From Octopus sinensis (taxonomy: Eukaryota): a stretch of DNA of 25,654 nucleotides. The notes below the pieces were generated by a model. That model had not been told where the DNA came from. It ran no database searches and saw nothing but the letters and a program-made list of their open reading frames with translations. Below, in pieces: positions 22,186 to 25,654 of this stretch; positions within the stretch are counted from its first letter, which is position 1; each line of letters starts with the position of its first letter. Made by a program: the position numbers and the translations under genes. The stretch spans positions 1-25,654 of the forward strand of contig NW_021836032.1 of NCBI RefSeq assembly GCF_006345805.1, in the 5' to 3' direction.

Positions 22186-22503
22186 CAACAACAGCAACAA
22201 CAACAACAACAACAACACAACAACAATAATAATAATAATAATAATATGTTACGTTCAACATCCTTAAACAACCCTTATTCAAGGACCTTTTGAGCAGGAC
22301 GGGCAACTCGATCTGAAGAAAATTCTAACTGGGCCCCACCTGCAAGGTCATGTGCTGTTTACCTTGATATGAGATCACTATGTTGTTCACATATGGTTGT
22401 GATGCCTGTATCTGGTGTACCCTTATCTTAGTCATGATAGTTATACTGAGTTTCATATATTTTACCCCAGTGTCACTTTGATGGTATGCACTACTCTCCC
22501 ACC

Positions 22504-23016
<513 letters not shown>

Positions 23017-23035
23017 AATAATAATAATAATGATG

Positions 23036-23093
<58 letters not shown>

Positions 23094-23094
<1 letters not shown>

Positions 23095-23256
23095 CCTTTC
23101 CACTAAAGGCACAATGCTAAAATTGGTGAGGAGAGGGATAATCGATCATACTGGCCCCAGTACTTGATTTCCTAATTTATCGACACCGAAAGGATGAAAG
23201 GTAAAGTCGACTCCCGGTGACATTTAAACTCAGAATGTGAAGACGGACGAAATGCG
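23094..23256 (-). mobile_element. SINE family B (B2 tail)
   Basis: cctttccactaaaggcacaatg tail; gaaaggatgaaaggtaaagtcgac core. Confidence 0.8.
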
Positions 23257-23289
23257 CAACCAAAATGCGCAACCACAGAGTTATCAAAA

Positions 23290-23420
23290 ATGGGCGCGCC
23301 AATGAGTGTATCCTAGAAAACCAGGTCTCGTTGATGACGACAACATCTATATTGAGTGATATGATACCGTCTATCAAGTAGTCTAACTTCCAAACTGACA
23401 CCAGATCACTTGACTGTGGA
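23290..23420 (-). pseudogene. Possible start of a LINE ORF2 AP-endonuclease domain
   Basis: KLDYLIDGIISLNIDVVVINETWF resembles the APE motif DIxxLQETW. Single motif only. Confidence 0.5.
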
Positions 23421-23891
23421 CATATTCACTGCAGAAAATAAGTGAAAGAAATCATTTTCATGTTCTTGGTGAAGAACAAAGAATTCGGTGTGTTCAATGG
23501 AGAGAGACTCATTGGAAGTTTCCTCCATTATGTTCTTGTTTACTCTAATCTGGAACATTCTTACGTCATACGACAATTTTGTTCTTAACGCCATGTCCAA
23601 ATCGGATGATGTTTCCAAGAGATTTCTGCTTATTGGTGTATTGGGGGCAAATCTTCAAAAATATCCCCAGCATCCACTTTTTTTGTTTTTTATTTTACTT
23701 CTGCACTGTACTTCATGGCTGTTTCTCTTTACAACACTGAGGCTGATTGAGGGGACTTTGCATATGTAGCTGCAAGTTTTCTTCTTGTTGTTTTACTGTT
23801 TTTATCGTGGTTGCATTCTTGTGCATCTTTTTGTTGTTGGTGTAGTTACGGCTTTAGCTGATGTTCTGATGGTAATGGTAGTGGTGGTAGA

Positions 23892-24124
23892 AGGCGGCAA
23901 GCTGGCAGAATCGTTAGCACGCCGGGCGAAATGCGTAGCAGTATTTCGTCTGCCGCTACGTTCTGAGTTCAAATTCCGCCGAGGTCGACTTTGCCTTTCA
24001 TCCTTTCGGGGGTCGATAAATTAAGTACCAGTTAGGCACTGGGGTCGATATAATCGACTTAATCCGTTTGTCTGTCCTTGTTTGTCATTTCTGTATTTAG
24101 CCCCTTGTGGGTAGTAAAGAAATA
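23892..24124 (+). mobile_element. SINE family B1, full length, with TSD
   Basis: TSD ggtagtggtggtaga (23877-23891) / ggtagtggtggggggggtaga (24125-24145). Confidence 0.92.
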
Positions 24125-24377
24125 GGTAGTGGTGGGGGGGGTAGATTATTGTGTAGATCTGTACTTTGCTGCCTCAGGGATTTTAGTTAATTCACCAAAC
24201 ATTCCGGTTTTCAGATTGGGGCGGTAATTTCTTTTAAAAAAACTTCCATTTTTGTTTTCCCCTTTTTCCCTGCCATCCTTGATTAAACCACTTCCGGATG
24301 ATATTCTTGTCTCGACCCAGTCGTAGAACGAGGCCTCGAGCCCAATCATAGCAACAACGAAACCGACGATGAGGGTA

Positions 24378-24565
24378 ATGTTGATGTTCATGATCATGAC
24401 AACGACAACGAAGAAGACGGCGATGTCGACAATAATGAAAATGACGATGATGTTGATGATGATGATGATGACGACGATGATGGTGATGACGATGACGACG
24501 ACGACGACGATGATGATGATGATGATGATGACGACGACGACAACGACGATGATGACGACGATGAT
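24378..24565. repeat. (GAT/GAC)n repeat
   Basis: Direct reading. Confidence 0.95.
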
Positions 24566-25056
24566 ACCGTAAATTTTGAAAGGTGTACCGCAGTTCGAAT
24601 ATTAATGCATTCTATTTCATTTTGACTGAATTAATATTTTATTAATCTCCCTTCCTCTAAAACCGGCATTTGTAGGAAATAATTTTCAAATATTTATTTA
24701 AAACTGAATTGTTCTAATTTTATTAGTACATTAGTACTTAAATAAATAAAATAAAATAAAACGAAATAAAATAAAGTAAAATAAAATAAGACAAAATGAG
24801 AAGTTGTTTACCTAGCTAGGTTTTCATCATCTATAAATGTCCTTAATGACTCGATATGAGATCTGCAAAGCTAGCGAAACAACGTTGGTTAATGTCCTAC
24901 CGGACTTCAAGTTCGTCTTCAACACCCACGCCACGATTATTCAATCAACAGCCAATATATGATAGAACTATTTACTTCCTTTCAAAGCGAATACGCCTCG
25001 TTATTGTTTGTTTCTATTTACGTCGAAAACTGCAGGTATGAGAATTATTCGTTGAA

Positions 25057-25146
25057 TCTTTCTTCCTTTCTTTCTTTCTTTCTTTCTTTCTTTTCTTCTT
25101 CTTTCTTTTTTCTTTTTTCTTTCTTTCTTTCTTTCTTTCTTTTTTC

Positions 25147-25181
<35 letters not shown>

Positions 25182-25208
25182 GTAACTTTTTGAAATCTCT
25201 CTCTCTTT
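25057..25208. repeat. (TTTC)n polypyrimidine tract
   Basis: Direct reading. Confidence 0.95.
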
Positions 25209-25211
25209 CAT

Positions 25212-25612
25212 ATTTCTTTATTGCCCACAAGGGGCTAAACATGGAGGGGACAAACAAGGAGAGAAAAAAGGATTAAGTCGATTACATCGACCCCAGTGCG
25301 TAACTGGTACTTAATTTATCGACCCCGAAAGGATGAAAGGCAAAATCGACCTCGGCAGAATTTGAACTCAGAACGTAGCGGCAGAAAAATACCTATTTCT
25401 ATTTCTTTACTACCTGCAAGGGGCTAAACACAAGAGGGACAAACAAGGACAGACAAACGGATTAAGTCGATTATATCGACCCCAGTGCGTAACTGGTACT
25501 TATTTAATTGACCCCGAAAGGATGAAAGCAAAGTCGACCACGGCGGAATTTGAACTCAGAACGTTGCGGCAGACGAAATACCGCTAAGCATTTCGCCCGT
25601 CGTGCCAGCTCA
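25212..25612 (-). mobile_element. SINE family B1 tandem dimer
   Basis: Two body+tail units; junction near 25385-25405 matches that of the 8818-9225 dimer. Confidence 0.9.
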
Positions 25613-25654
25613 CCTCTTTCTCTCTTCTCTCTCTTCTTTCTCTCTCTCTCTCTC

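Noticed and set aside
22248-22503. Complex segment between microsatellites, probably a repeat
   Set aside because: Single copy in the window with no diagnostic ends or ORF.

Overview
Repeat-saturated eukaryotic intergenic or intronic DNA with no intact protein-coding gene. The SINE repertoire and microsatellite load suggest a coleoid cephalopod, probably Octopus (inference from recall, not a search). Nearly all ORF-track entries are microsatellite or SINE artefacts. Contents: more than 20 copies of four tRNA-head SINE families; a decayed full-length DD37D (maT-type) Tc1/mariner; L1/Tx1-like and R4/Dong-like LINE fragments; Helitron and Helentron-type non-autonomous elements; Penelope-type GIY-YIG remnants. 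Two features stand out. (1) A 1.8-kb, TSD-bounded retroelement (17514-19335) encodes only an ORF1/gag-like zinc-knuckle protein with no RT; its boundaries are fixed because it splits the 3' end of a Helentron-like element. (2) Several unrelated short elements, mostly in (TA)n tracts and often in inverted repeats, each carry a minimal hammerhead-ribozyme-like fold (6153, 11656, 7978, 5098/4726, 10913, 12550). Coordinates of decayed repeats are approximate.
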